From: Minutocellus sp. GHC0000111
Lineage: Eukaryota
NCBI GenBank assembly: GCA_977018835.1
Contig: OZ361259.1
Location: 3,472,001 to 3,536,000 of the forward strand
DNA: 64,000 nt
Reading direction: 5' to 3'
In this document: in pieces, positions 35,526-47,939 of the stretch
Layout: every line of letters starts with the position of its first letter
Position numbering within the stretch: position 1 is the first letter of the stretch
Notes under the pieces: model-generated
Told to the model about the DNA's origin: nothing
Databases searched by the model: none
The model's input: the letters and a program-made list of their open reading frames with translations, nothing else
Translations under genes and position numbers: made by a program

Positions 35526-36761
35526 GTGAACGATCGAGCTGCACAGCGACGGAGGGAAGCCCAGGAGAAGGATGCGGAGAGGGCCCGAGTTTGGATTCGA
35601 GACAAGCGCGAGCGAGAAAATGCGGACGACCCTTTCGTCGCGTCAAGACTGCTTCTGCAGCAGCAGCAGGAATGGCAGGAGCAAGCTCAGAAGCAAGCTC
35701 AGGAGAAAAACAGGGAGGAACAAAGAGTCTATAGGCGGAAGCAGCGAGAGAGAGAGAAGGTGGCAAATGCCGAAGCGAAAGAAAAGGCTCGAAAGCTCGA
35801 GGAGCAGCAACGACGAGATGGGGTGGTGGAAATCCAGCCGATGGACTTCCATCCTCTGTACCATCCCCAGGGGCGGGATACCGGGAACGAGGACATGCTG
35901 TTCCTCGGCGCATCGTTTACCGACATTCGGGACGTGGCTCGCACAGAGTGCAAGCTTCCCTGGGACGTTGCCAGTGCACTTCAGAAGACCATTGCGATTC
36001 GCGAGATTGCCGACCTCGTCAACACCACGAACATGGAAATGGTCCACGCCAGGGACACCGCGAGGGCGGTGGCTCTGGAGAGGATGGCGAAAGCCAACGT
36101 ATACACGTGCAACGACTTTTACACCTCGCAGAGCTGGCTTCGGAAGGATCGGCACGTGGCGGGTGATTGGAATCAGTCCTCCGACCGGGGCGTGGCGTGC
36201 AAGATGAAGAGGATGGCGATTCGTTTCGGAAAGGTGTTTATGGATTACATCTACCTTCCTGGGTCCTCGTACACCACCTTGCGGTATGCCAAGGAGGGAT
36301 TCTTCAAGTTCACGCTCCCCGCCATCCAAGATCGGCTCATGCACAAGAGGACGAACAACGGGAGGCTGCCGGCCATATTTTTGCCCGCTACGAAGCACAT
36401 TTTGGCCAGTCTCTGTTGCATCGTCGATATAAAGGCCGACACGCACTTCTCTTATACCCTGATGAACGAGGAGCAGGCGAGACAGGAACACCTGCTGTAC
36501 AAGGCCACGATCGAGATGGATGTTAGTGACGTTGAGTATCGCGATTTGTTTGGCAAGGTCAAGACCGAATTGCAACGGTGCGAATACGACACTGACTTCA
36601 AGGGGATGCTCAAGAAGAACAACCTCGGAAAATCGAGACTAGAACAAATTTGTGGATGTTCGGACGAAAATCAATTGAAGAAAGCTGTGAATGGGGCCAA
36701 CTTTATCAAGATTGAACGGCTGAGTTATGCATCCGAAGATGGCAGCGTTGTAACACTCTAG
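35526..36761 (+). CDS. Uncharacterised protein: N-terminal coiled coil + alpha/beta domain (possibly methyltransferase-like); start uncertain
   Basis: 411-aa frame open from 35394 with the first ATG only at 35841. Motifs MLFLGASF, RDTARA, VYTCN, DRHV, FGKVFMDYIYLP and IFLP. Confidence 0.55.
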   Translation: MNDRAAQRRREAQEKDAERARVWIRDKRERENADDPFVASRLLLQQQQEWQEQAQKQAQEKNREEQRVYRRKQREREKVANAEAKEKARKLEEQQRRDGVVEIQPMDFHPLYHPQGRDTGNEDMLFLGASFTDIRDVARTECKLPWDVASALQKTIAIREIADLVNTTNMEMVHARDTARAVALERMAKANVYTCNDFYTSQSWLRKDRHVAGDWNQSSDRGVACKMKRMAIRFGKVFMDYIYLPGSSYTTLRYAKEGFFKFTLPAIQDRLMHKRTNNGRLPAIFLPATKHILASLCCIVDIKADTHFSYTLMNEEQARQEHLLYKATIEMDVSDVEYRDLFGKVKTELQRCEYDTDFKGMLKKNNLGKSRLEQICGCSDENQLKKAVNGANFIKIERLSYASEDGSVVTL

Positions 36762-37023
36762 CTACGTACCGATAGCCTGCAGCTTGCAACCATTGTAAAT
36801 GATCTAGATCTACACGTGTCAGGTACAGCTCAGTAAGTCAATGTGCTGGAACCGAGTTGTGGGGACGATGTCGGGTTCATTTTTAGTCGCTGAACAAACT
36901 AAAGTCTCGTAGTTTGGCTCTCTATACTAGGTATATACTAGAGTAATATATAAGCTTGTTAAGATCTCCATAGAGTGCCCTCGAGCTACGTAGCCCAATC
37001 ATCCTCATCAGAATACATTGTAA

Positions 37024-39782
37024 TTAAAAGTTCGACAAAACAGCCTCATTTGATACAGCATCCTTGTCACTTTGACTGATGCTCTCAAAAGAATAATCCT
37101 TTCCACCCTTGAGCAAAAGCTTGACGTCATGATGCCGCATTAACGTTGGACGATGGCCCACAGATACGTACGTAATTGGCATTCCAGCTTGTCGTTGTTC
37201 TTCGGCCAGATTCTTCAGTAACGCAAAGACCTTGTTCTCAGAAGCAACATCAAGAGCACTTGTGCTTTCATCCATCATGACAACCCGAGGCCTGTTCACC
37301 AAGATACGTGCAAAAGCCAGTCGCTGCTGCTCGCCGAGGGACAAAATGTTCGACCAATCAGCCACTACGTCAAGGCCTCGCACGGGATCGCCCTTGCCCA
37401 TTCTGACCGCAGTATCAGCCAGATCTACCTGCTCCAATATCGCCAATAATCTAGAACTCGACATATTCTGCCGCAAGACATGAGTTTGGCTCAATCTGTG
37501 TCCATCGGGATAATCATCGGGGGAAAGGTCGCCAGTCGACGGATACAGAAGCTGATCTCGCAACGACCCAAGCGGACAATATGGATTTTGTGGCAAGAAC
37601 CAGGTCTCCAAATCAGCTGGTCTTTCGATAATACCATCACCCGACGTCCACAGACCCGCGATCGCACGCAAGAGGGAGCTCTTGCCCACCCCGCTTGGAC
37701 CGGCAATCAAAAGGTGTTGGCCCCATTTTACCGAAAAGCTAACGTCCTTGAACAAACGCCTTTGGTGATCAGGTGTTCTAAGAGACACACCCTGCAACGA
37801 AAGCGCCACATCTTTCCCGGGAAATGAGCCATTGATTTGTTCTGATCGAAGCGGCTGCTGTCGCAAATCAATTGTATCGATCCGTCTACTCGCTTCGTTC
37901 TTACGGGTAAACAAGAAGCCACGGTCGTTGGATCCGGGGGGTAACATCATAAGGGGTGCATCACCATCGCGCTCTGGATCAGCAGTCTTGATCGCCGAAA
38001 TAAATTGATAAAGACGCTCGATGCCAGCGCTGAATTCAGCAAGGTCGGTGAACGAATTGATAATAAGACTCAGGTCGTCCAGGACATGGCTAAATGCACT
38101 ACTGGATTGCGTCACCACGCTGGATGAAACGAAATCGAAGGCGGAAGGGAAATGTGAGAGCAGTCGGCCAACTGACAACAACAAATACGCAAGTCGGCCA
38201 ACTGACAACAACCAATAGGCAATTTTATTTACTCTTACTCACCCCATGGCAATGTTTCCAGCGAAATACTCGGGCGCAACCACGACAATTGGTAGGATCC
38301 ACGTAAAGTAGGAATAAGACGTCGTGAAGAGATCCAAATTCCTTTGGGCGACATTGACCTCTCTCATATTTCCAATGACAGAATTGAAGCGATGTCCCAC
38401 CTCCTTCTCCTCTATGTCTTCACCGTTATAGAATGCGATATTCTCCGCGTTATCACGGATCTGTTTTCAACACGTATGATGATAGCAAAGGGTATGAGTA
38501 TAAGTATGAGTACATCACACGTGCTCGAAAGAAGCAATCACACAAATATAGGCGCCTATAGGAATCACAATGCCTTGCATGGTACTCACCCGGACCAACG
38601 AATAGCGGAAATCGGCCTCACGCTGCAGCTTCTCATAGTTCAGACGTATCAATTTCTTGCCAATTTTATATGTCGCGACGGTTCTGTTTCCAACACGAGT
38701 GGTGATAACAAAGGGTATGAGTATGAGTACATCACACGTGCTCGAAAGAAGCAATCACACAAATATAGGAATCATATATATATGCAAAAACCAATGTCTT
38801 GCATGGTACTCACCCGACGGTGGCATATCCAAAAATAGCAATAAACAGCTGTGCTCGGATGGTTGCAAGAATGATGGAAAAGCTGACGAGGTCGATGGTC
38901 GATGTGACAATGTTCAAAAACAGGTTCAAGGACTGATTGGTGAAGGTTCGAACGTCCTCGGCAATTCGTTGATCTGGATTGTCAATCTCCCGCCCTCGTT
39001 CAAGCGTATAATACACTCGATTCGAGTAGTACAGATTCATCGTTCGTCCGGTCATCCAATCTCTCCATTTGATGCTCAACCTCTAGAAAATGCGATAGCA
39101 CCAGAGCAAGTGAATGCAATCGAACCAATAGAATGGTGAGAAAAAAAGATGAAGAAGATATTTGGTTGCGATGGATCGAATACATTGGAGTAGGGCGTAC
39201 ATATTTGAATCAATTGAACACATACCGATGCCTGGAACCTGTAAAAGACTGCAATGGGCGTCATGGCCAATAAAGCCAACATGAATTGAATGATAACCTC
39301 ATAAAATTTTTCTTGGTCCTTTTCTTCCAATGCATTGTAAAAATCTCTCACCAGGTAACTGAACACGACACGAACTCCGCTGTTCATCAGTGTGAGCACA
39401 ACGAGGATGTAAAATGTACAGCGCCCATCCTTACTTTCGCAGAAATATGGTGCCGCCATTGTCTTGAAGGCGATAAACTGATCACGAAGTGGGCGTTTCC
39501 CACTAGTCATGTAATTGCCTCCTCCATTGTTCTCCGCGGTGCCGTTCTGGTTGGTGCCGCTTCCCTTGGAGCCGATGCCGAGCAGGGTGCTCTCCCCCCC
39601 GGCCTCAATGTCACGCCTGGCGTCGTTGAATGCATCGGTCTGCAGACGTCAAAAGAGACATAGTTTGTTCCGCCACCATCCGCCGCATGCGCGGCCGAGC
39701 TCGATTCCATCTTATGGTCAGCGCCAAGCAATGCCTTGACCTGGACGTCGTCCTTCTTGGCCGGCCTCGACCTGCTGGCCAT
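37024..39782 (-). CDS. ABC transporter subfamily D half-transporter (ABCD4/plant ABCD2/YddA-like)
   Basis: Exons 39782-39226 (1-nt slip near 39648), 39082-38814, 38683-38590, 38460-38243 and 38119-37024 splice in frame with GT-AG. Motifs IDNPDQRIAED, EADFRYSLVRIRDNAE, Walker A GPSGVGKSS, LSLGEQQRL, VMMDES and SVGHR. Confidence 0.92.
38461..38813 (-). repeat. Two near-identical introns (38684-38813 and 38461-38589) in the ABCD gene
   Basis: Both start GTGAGTACCATGCAAG, share TATTTGTGTGATTGCTTCTTTCGAGCACGTGTGATGTACTCATACT, and end GTGTTG(G/A)AAACAG. The flanking exons are different. Confidence 0.9.
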
Positions 39783-40229
39783 TTATTTTGTCTTTCCCGA
39801 CGACAGTAGACTCTGGCCTAGCTAGATCTAGCGAGAGTAGCTACGTAGTGAGTGTAAGTGCTTGGAAGGCGTCGGCGCGGGCGTTTGCGTTGGGCGGAGC
39901 AGCGGCGAAGGCCATGGGCACAAACGCAATGACGCGATGACCTGATGATGCGGGGTCATCAGGCCCCGCAATTTGTCGATGAAAGATTCGGCGGTCAGAC
40001 CGGCCCGATGAGACCATTTTATGGGAGTGTGTTTCTTTCGAGCGAGGCAGCAATGGCGATAGCATGCAGCAGCATACTCGTAGCAGCGGCAACAGGCAGC
40101 AGCCGACTTGCAGGTTGGTTGGAACCTACTACGAGTAGACAGCAATTGCAGGCAGCAGCAGTAATCGTCACATCGTCACATCGTCAACTACGTCTACGTC
40201 GTACCCCTCGCCGCTCGGCTATCGACTCG

Positions 40230-41372
40230 ATGAAGCAGACCGGAGAGACGGGCGCGAGCAAAAATGAGGCGTCAAGCACTAATGCTGGAGACGAGATGAA
40301 GCATTGTGCCTCATGCAACAAGTCCAGCACCACGCTCAAGAAGTGCACCGCATGCAAGTCCGTTTGGTATTGCAACGTTTCCTGCCAGAAGAACCATCGC
40401 AAGGCGCACAAAAAAGAGTGTAAGCGCATCGAGCTGGAGCTCAAGAGCGGCGCAGACAATAAACTCAAGAGCGGAGGGGGCAATGCGGGTAAGAGCACGA
40501 AGACTGATGATGACCCCGAATTGTGGAAGCCGCACCTGCCCAATGAGGATTGTCCGGTTTGCATGGTGCCGTTGCCTCTAGCTCCACACGAATCTACATA
40601 TTTGACTTGCTGCAACAAGTCTCTGTGCCGCGCGTGCATCGAAGAGCACACACGAGTCTGGAGAATCACGAACAAGAAGCGGAAGAAAAAAGAGCTGCCG
40701 CCGACTGATCCGACCTGCCCCTTCTGCAGAACACCCGCTCATAAGAGCGGCGCCGAATATCTCAGCCGTTTGGAAACTCATGTGCAAAAAGGAAGCATAA
40801 GAGCTATCATGCATAAGGCGGCCGGCTACAAAGAAGGGAAGTGGGGCCTGCCGCAGAACATACCCAAATCATTGGAGCTCTACCGTTGTGCCGCTGATTT
40901 GGGCAACGCAGATGCGATGAGTTACATTGGGCTATTGCATGAACGTGGTGATGGAGGTTTTGTCAAAAATGTAGGTGAAGGTAGACAGCACATGAAGACT
41001 GCTGCTATAATGGGAAGTGTGATGGCGCGTCATAACCTCGCCTGTCTTGAGGCGAGTGAACGAAACTTTGACCTCGCTGTCAAGCACTTTCGGCTTGCAG
41101 CCGAGGCAGGTTTAGAACTCTCGGTACAAAACCTTTGGAAATTCTTCTATCGGGGTAAAGTGAGCAAAGAGGAACTCGAAGAAGCGCTAAGACTCCACCA
41201 GGAAGCTTGTGAAGAAATGGATAGCGAGGAGCGAAAAAGAATGTCAGCCTATCATGAAGCCATAGCTAGTGACGATGAGGTGCTACAAAAAATATATGGA
41301 AGCTATTATGCAGGTACGATAAATGGAAAAGGGCTCAAGATGGCCCTGGCGATCCAAAAAGATGGGCAGTGA
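40230..41372 (+). CDS. MYND zinc finger + RING-like + Sel1-repeat protein
   Basis: CASC...KKCTACKSVWYCNVSCQKNHRKAHKKEC (MYND); CPVC...CCNKSLCRAC...CPFCR (RING-like); AADLGNADAM, AAIMGSVMARHNLA and AAEAG (Sel1). Confidence 0.9.
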   Translation: MKQTGETGASKNEASSTNAGDEMKHCASCNKSSTTLKKCTACKSVWYCNVSCQKNHRKAHKKECKRIELELKSGADNKLKSGGGNAGKSTKTDDDPELWKPHLPNEDCPVCMVPLPLAPHESTYLTCCNKSLCRACIEEHTRVWRITNKKRKKKELPPTDPTCPFCRTPAHKSGAEYLSRLETHVQKGSIRAIMHKAAGYKEGKWGLPQNIPKSLELYRCAADLGNADAMSYIGLLHERGDGGFVKNVGEGRQHMKTAAIMGSVMARHNLACLEASERNFDLAVKHFRLAAEAGLELSVQNLWKFFYRGKVSKEELEEALRLHQEACEEMDSEERKRMSAYHEAIASDDEVLQKIYGSYYAGTINGKGLKMALAIQKDGQ

Positions 41373-41637
41373 ATATGAGAGAGCTAGAAAAGGTGATGAA
41401 TGACAAGGCCCACCAGGCGGTCTGAGAAGAGCGAGACTGGTCTAGTAGTAGATAGCTACGTAGTATTAAAATGTGCCGCTGACAAATGTGCTTTATCGTA
41501 CACGTAGCTACCACTACATGCAGCAATGCACCATACAAATTTCAATATGTATTTACTATTCCTATTTTCCTTGAAGGCTGTATCCTTATCCTGCTCATCA
41601 GCAATCATGGATCTCCGTGTATGTCTACATGTACGAT

Positions 41638-43155
41638 CTAAAAGCTACCCTTGCTACCCTTGGATGAGTAGTACCCACCGCCGTAGTAGCTTGTTCGGTA
41701 GTTGTTTCCGTAGTAGTTGCCTCCTCCCTTGCTGCCCTTGGAATTGGCATAGTAGTAATTGTTGTTCTGAGTTCTGTACGTGTTGTACGTGTAACCACCC
41801 TTGCCCTTGCCGGTGCTGTACGATCTCGATTCACGCTTGCGGTAGTCACCGCCCTTTCCACCTCCTTTGCCCGAGTAGCTCGAAACGGAGCTAACACTGC
41901 TGCGGCTACTGTGGGTGTGAGGCGTGTGGATGCACTCGTCCCTGTCGGGGGCCGTCGATACACGGAGGGAGGAGAGGCAGTTGAAGGCCGACTGGCCAGT
42001 CCCACGATAGCTCCTGGCCATGTCCTCCAGCTCTTCTTGGAGCAGCTCCTCGCAGCCGAACAGACGGCGGTGGGTCGGCTGGTAGTAGTCGTCGTGCTCG
42101 TCGAGGGCGCGGTAGTAGTTGGCAATCTGCCCATCGTTCGATACGTCCACCATGCGTTGATTCTCCTCGAGCTCGTGAAGGCGCCGATCCCTGGCCTTGA
42201 TGGGCGTCCGGCACGCCGAGCGGCACCGGCCGTTGGCCTTGGTCTTGACGCGATTCCTCCTTCGTCTGTGCACGTGCCCAGGATCCAGACGACGATGATC
42301 GTCGTCACTGAAGGAATCATCGGACAGGGCAGCCTCGAGGGTGCGAGCAAAGTCCTCCCCGGCCTCGGCCTCGTCCTCCTCGGCGAGATCGCGACGGTCA
42401 CTTATAAAGTCGAAATCTGGATCGTGATCACCCAAGAGAGTCTGCTCAATGACCACGACGCTATCGATGTAGAAGCACGAGGTGAAGCAGCTACGAGTAC
42501 GATATGCGGGGAAGTGGGGTACATATGCATGCATATATGTGCGTTGAGATGAGATTAGATGGAGAGCAAAGCATGACATACATATACTCTAACAAGTCAA
42601 AAGGAAATACGCTGATAACAATAACGAAGAAATGGTTTCGAAACAGGACCACACACAGAGTCGACTCACTTGTTGTTGGGGTTGTTCCAGATGTTCAATA
42701 CTCGCCTCTCGAAGGCCCTCTGCTCTCCGGCAGTCATGATCCGTTCGACGTCGTAGAGAATAATATAGACATCCTGCTCAAACGCAACTGAGTAGTCCCT
42801 ACTCTGGGCCGGACAGCCGTTGGCCGACTGCAACCGACGGAGGTCGTCTTCGGCTCCGAGCTTTCTCCCCTCCTCACCGATATCATCCGACGACGACAAC
42901 TTCCCATCCATGGAATCGAGCGCAACGTCCAAAGGTGGTAGGTCGACGTAGTTCCACAAGGGCGTGCCGTCCTCCATAAAATCCTTCACTAGTCTCTGAG
43001 GGTGGGCGGCATCCACGAGTAGGACATAATTATTACCACTCATCCAGCACGACAGGGAGGCCAAAAATAATAATGCCGGCACGCAACCCGAACATGTGGG
43101 AGGAGGACGTGACCGGCGAAGCCGCCGACGACGCCGAGGTTCGTGCTCGTCTCAT
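41638..43155 (-). CDS. Secreted RxL-containing protein with Tyr/Gly-rich KxxK tail (cingulin/silaffin-like)
   Basis: Signal-like N-terminus (probable 1-nt slip in the T-run near 43065) and a phase-2 intron at 42669-42491. Repeated RKL/RRL/RDL motifs. C-terminal GKGGGKGG, GKGKGG and SKGSKG (x2) with many Tyr. Confidence 0.75.
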
Positions 43156-43462
43156 TGCAACCAACTATTAAGACTCTTTCTATATCCTGTGATCTTCTGC
43201 CAAAAGCAACGGAGAGGAGGGAGGCAGGGTAATACTGAACTACATGTAATTGACTTGGAGAGGAGCTCGAGAAGATAAGATGAGCTGATATTCGTGACAA
43301 AGGGTGGCATAAATGAATGATCAGGGGCGGGGGGCGGGGGCTAAAAACGGGAGACCTCCAGAGAATGTTTTTTGAATAAAAAGAAAAAGGTAGGAATTCC
43401 TAGCAAGGGAAAAAGGAGGAAACGGCATCAGCCTGCATACCCAACCGTAACCGAGCACCAAG

Positions 43463-44302
43463 ATGGCGACCCTAACAGCGCCGCTCCGCTCCATCGCGGT
43501 GGCACTTCTTGTGCTTCTTCTCTCACCATTATCTTGCAATGCCTTTCAGCAATGTCCCTCCCGAGTTTTGAGCCGATCGGTACCGTCGGTCAGGCCAACA
43601 CATGCCGCGAAAACGAGCGTATCTTGCGCCCTCTTTGCATCTTCCACCTCCTCCTCCGAGTCGGGAGGAGGGCCACGGAACAAGCCCGACAAGCTCATCG
43701 AGACGACGGCCTACACCCTCCGCCGCACCTCGTGGTTTAGTTGGTGGTCCCAGATCATACTCACGACTATCTCCGCTGTGATCCTGCTTTTTGCTCGAAG
43801 CGTCGGACTGGCGGCAATCGAAGCGTCCAGCCCGGGCGGCGCGGCCAGGAATCAGGCCTCGGCCAGCTTCTTCATCGGCGGGGTGGGCATTGCCATCAGC
43901 TTCGCCAGCATCTTCTGGACGTGGGGCGGTGCGCGGCTGTCGAACCGACTGTTGCGCGGCAAGACCAGCAGAATACAAGCGGCCAATTTGCTTAGGCGCG
44001 CCGTAACGGTGGCATCGGCGCTGAACTTGAGCGGCATGCTCGTGACGCTCCTTGGCACGTTCGTGATCATCGGCTCACTGGCCACCAAGGTGCTCACCGC
44101 GGGCGGTCTAAGTCCCTTTGGTGCCATGGCCGCCGGCGGCATCGGTGGTGGATCCGTTGCTCTCCAGACCGTCCAGCCTCTGGACATATTGATCGTCCAG
44201 GCAAACGCCAATACCCTCCTCTCGCACTTCGTTAGCTTGTTCTTGAGTTTGTTCCTCACCAGATATGTCAAGCGGTTGGATCCGCCCTCTACCGAGGATT
44301 GA
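43463..44302 (+). CDS. Plastid TIC21/PIC1-like (DUF3611) membrane protein
   Basis: Bipartite presequence (signal ending SCNA-F, then Ser-rich transit). Motifs WFSWWSQIILTTISAVILLF and LDILIVQANANTLLSHF; four hydrophobic helices. Confidence 0.85.
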   Translation: MATLTAPLRSIAVALLVLLLSPLSCNAFQQCPSRVLSRSVPSVRPTHAAKTSVSCALFASSTSSSESGGGPRNKPDKLIETTAYTLRRTSWFSWWSQIILTTISAVILLFARSVGLAAIEASSPGGAARNQASASFFIGGVGIAISFASIFWTWGGARLSNRLLRGKTSRIQAANLLRRAVTVASALNLSGMLVTLLGTFVIIGSLATKVLTAGGLSPFGAMAAGGIGGGSVALQTVQPLDILIVQANANTLLSHFVSLFLSLFLTRYVKRLDPPSTED

Positions 44303-44465
44303 GAATTGAGGCTTGATCGGTTGAATTCATGTATGTTATGAACAAAGGAAGGACCTACGTGGTAGATAGAAATTAAGTTTAAGAGTCGAGTCAATCTAAT
44401 AGATCAATATATGCCTATAGCTACGTAGTACCTAGGTACAGAGGATCTCTATCTTTTCGTCGTTT

Positions 44466-47400
44466 CTATGCTTCCATCAGCTCATTGCCGGTACCACTGG
44501 CAATGGCTTCGGCGGGGCTAGCAACGGCATCGCCCAAAATTTGACTAATGAAGGAATGTCTCCCTTGAATTCCCAGCTTTTCGCTGGCCCACCGATCAAA
44601 CAAAATCCGAGGGGGTGCCATGTCGATGGCCTCGTAGGCCATGAGGGCGTTGGCAATCGATTCCGAGCTCGTTGATGCTGCTATATTCTCCATCATTGCC
44701 GTGCTGAGCTTGGCAAACAAATCTGCATCCCGATGGCCCATCATGCCCAAGGAGAACATGACCGATGATATTTCTCTGGCCGTGGACTCCGTCAGAACAG
44801 ATGGCTCGAGGAAGCAAGAAGTCAGGACGTTCACAACAGTTTCGTCGTTGTAACCGAGCCTGGCCAGACCAAAAAGGACGCTACTCAATTCGATGCCATT
44901 GAATTTGTTTGCCAAATTCACTGCCAAGGATGCAAATTCCTTGATACCCGGCTCTCCGATATCGATCAACTCTGAAAGCCTTCCAATCGACCAAATTGTC
45001 TGGGCCAAATCCTTTGATGACATTTCGTCCTTGCGCGAGAGTAGGTTGGATGCATATGCCTCGGCACTCTCAACGTAAGGCGGAATACCGAGGGAGGCCT
45101 CCTTTGTATATTCTTGGCCGTTGTTCATCCGTTCCTATCCCGACATCTTTCCGCAGCTCCAAAGCGCTTGCGATATGCATTCGGTTGACGCTCTCTCGAG
45201 CATGGTGTCTTGGGAGAGTGTTTCTGCTAGATGATCAAAGACGCTCAGATCAAGAGGATATGAGGCGTGCGCCATCGCCCACATTGCCGCAGTACAGTCA
45301 ATCGGATTGAGTTGAGAAGAGAGGAGAACCCAGCTAAGAGATTGGAACAAGAGAAAGAGCGTTTCCCTCCTCTCCGCCAATTGTTGGCCAACGTCGATCG
45401 GTACTTCATCGTCGCCTTGAGCATCATCCGCCAAGGATAATAGCACAGTGTAAGACCACAGCATGCGGCTTATAGAGCTTGGTGAGCATAGCTGCGATAC
45501 ATCTTCCTCCATCATTCTGTTGGCAAGGCGCATCATCACCCCATCATCGATATATTTTGCCTTCGCAAACGACCAGGTTATGCTCGATATCTCGAATTCG
45601 TTGCATTGAGAGCACAAGGCCATCCCACGATCATCGTCATTGATTATCCGTGCAGCAGCATCGAAAACAATCTGGTACGAGGCATCAATATCCACTGGTT
45701 GAAGCATAACGACCGATCGTAAAATTGTGTTCAGTGTCTTTCCATCGCAATGGTTGGTGTCCACGAGCTCAGTGAATCGATTGCACAGCATTCGGATCGT
45801 TTCCGTTTCTTCCTTGAGACCCAAACGATGGAACGAAAGTAAAAGTCGAGCGATGTTGTCGAGGCTGCAATGTTTCATGATTTTGGGCTTTCGGAGATGG
45901 CACGACAATGCGGATAGGATCGGAGCCTCGTGACCAATTTCCAGATCAGCGAAGGCCCTGACAATGTCCGCTGTGGCACCAGCGGTGAGGTCCAGCAACT
46001 TCGGTTCGGCGCTATCATTGCTCATGGGGCTCATCAATTCATTCGATAAGGTGTGGCACAACATAATGGCCTCCTCTCGCAATTGGGCTGCCGCGACATC
46101 TAGTTCATACGATGACCCTGATGCATCGTCCAACTCTGCCTCGTCGTCAAGTCGTTCGATAAGACGGGCCGCCGACCAGATGGCCTGAGCGATGTCGCTG
46201 GCAAAGAGCTGGTGACGGACCCTACGCAATCGTCTCATGAAAGCTCTCATTATGCCTTGATGGGGACGATCCAGAGTTGCATACGACCAAAGCACTGTAA
46301 GTAGTTGCTTCCCCGTCAATTTTCCAAAGGCATCGCCCTTCTCAAGTCGATTCCCGATGGCATCGAGCAACACCGTTTCATCCCTCAGATCCAAAACGGC
46401 AAGGGACCACACCGTCTCCACAAGGCTGGTATGCCATAGCTTTGGAACGTACGAGGCCCCCTCGTCGTCGGATATAATCGCCCGACATGTCGCGACGGCC
46501 AACGGTCTGAACGATCCGTCACCCGCGTTGGCAGCCCTCCTCTTGATATCGGACAGCTTGGCCAGACCATACAGGGCATCGAGGAGCGATTCTGGTCCAA
46601 AATGCCTCGTCTTTCTGAAATTACTCACACCGGCATCATCAGTTGGTAGTGGACATTCGTCACCAATCTCCAAATCTATCATGTTCAAAAGATCGATGGC
46701 ATCATCATCCTCAGCCTCGCCATCATCATCGCCATCATCATTGTATTTCATATGCATCATGTCATCTTCTTCCTCCTCACTCTCGTTGCCGTTGCCATTG
46801 GCTTCTATCAACTGAACGTCACAGAGGATGGCATCCCCCACACACCGGATAAGAGCCGGAAGGAGAATCGTCCGGGCCAGCTCCCCCTCCTGCTCCTCCC
46901 ATCGGTCCTTGGATGCCGACGGCCGTGCCTGTCCCCTCTGCCGTCGGAGGCGGTACGTCATCCCCAGAGCTCGTAGGTCGGCCACGCGTCGCAATGCCGC
47001 CGCTGCCAGGAGTGGATGCGTCGTGCGGGATAGGTCGGTGCTTGTTCTTGCGTTCGTATTCGTATCGTTTCTCTTTCTTCTATTCTTGTTGTTTCGGCTG
47101 TTGTTTCTGCCATTGCTGTTGTTGCCACGATCATATCTGGCCGCAGGGCACAACGTCCAGTAAACATTTTGGATGGACCTCGAGGTCTTTATGCGGGACA
47201 GTTTGGTTGGCTTTCTCTTCTTTTTAACCTCGTCTCCGTCATCATTATTATCATTATGCAACTGGCTACTCATTGCCAATGCCGTTGTTTGTATTCGATC
47301 TGCAATTCCCACTCGACTTCTCTTCGCCGATAATGATGGCTCGGCTACTCATATTCCCATCATGATGCCTGCCGATGATGAAACCGACACATATTGTGCA

Positions 47401-47681
47401 TCCTGCTCACGCCTACGTGTACTAGCATGCCTTAGAGGAAGATACAGCTGCGATGATTGTGATGATCCATACGGCAGGTGGCGCAGTTGAAATGCAGATC
47501 CCACGGGCAACAGCAGAACGCTGCAGCAGCACCGCATGAGATGGCACGTCGACGAATTATTGCGAACGGGCGTGGTTGTAGTTGTTCGGCTGATCGATGT
47601 GCCGTCGTCGCCGCGTTGGCGCCGCCGGCGGCGGCGGTGACCATGCTGGCCCTCCTCCTCGGTATGAGAGCTGTTCTGCAT
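44466..47681 (-). pseudogene. Plastid-targeted helical-repeat (OPR/FASTK-like) RNA-binding protein with two in-frame stops
   Basis: LLLPVGSA-FQL presequence and recurrent (T/A)xWSxA.L repeats. Three in-frame ORFs are separated only by TGA (47349-47351) and TAG (45135-45137, in GKMSG*E). Confidence 0.7.
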
Positions 47682-47939
47682 GAGAGTTTGCCTGGCTTCT
47701 GCTGTTGCTTGTCGATTTGCTTGAAGGCGTGCGTCACCGCTCCTTCCGCCTCGTACATGTACAATACAATGATGAGGCAGCCAATCGCATGGTCATCGTT
47801 GCTTTATCTGTACGTACACCTCCAAGCCGGAGGACAGGCGCGATGCGCCAAAATTTCCACATGGCGCATCTTACCGGGCTTGGATACTCTCGTTCTATTT
47901 CTCCTCATCCATACATGTATGCAATAGCAGTCGGTAGAT

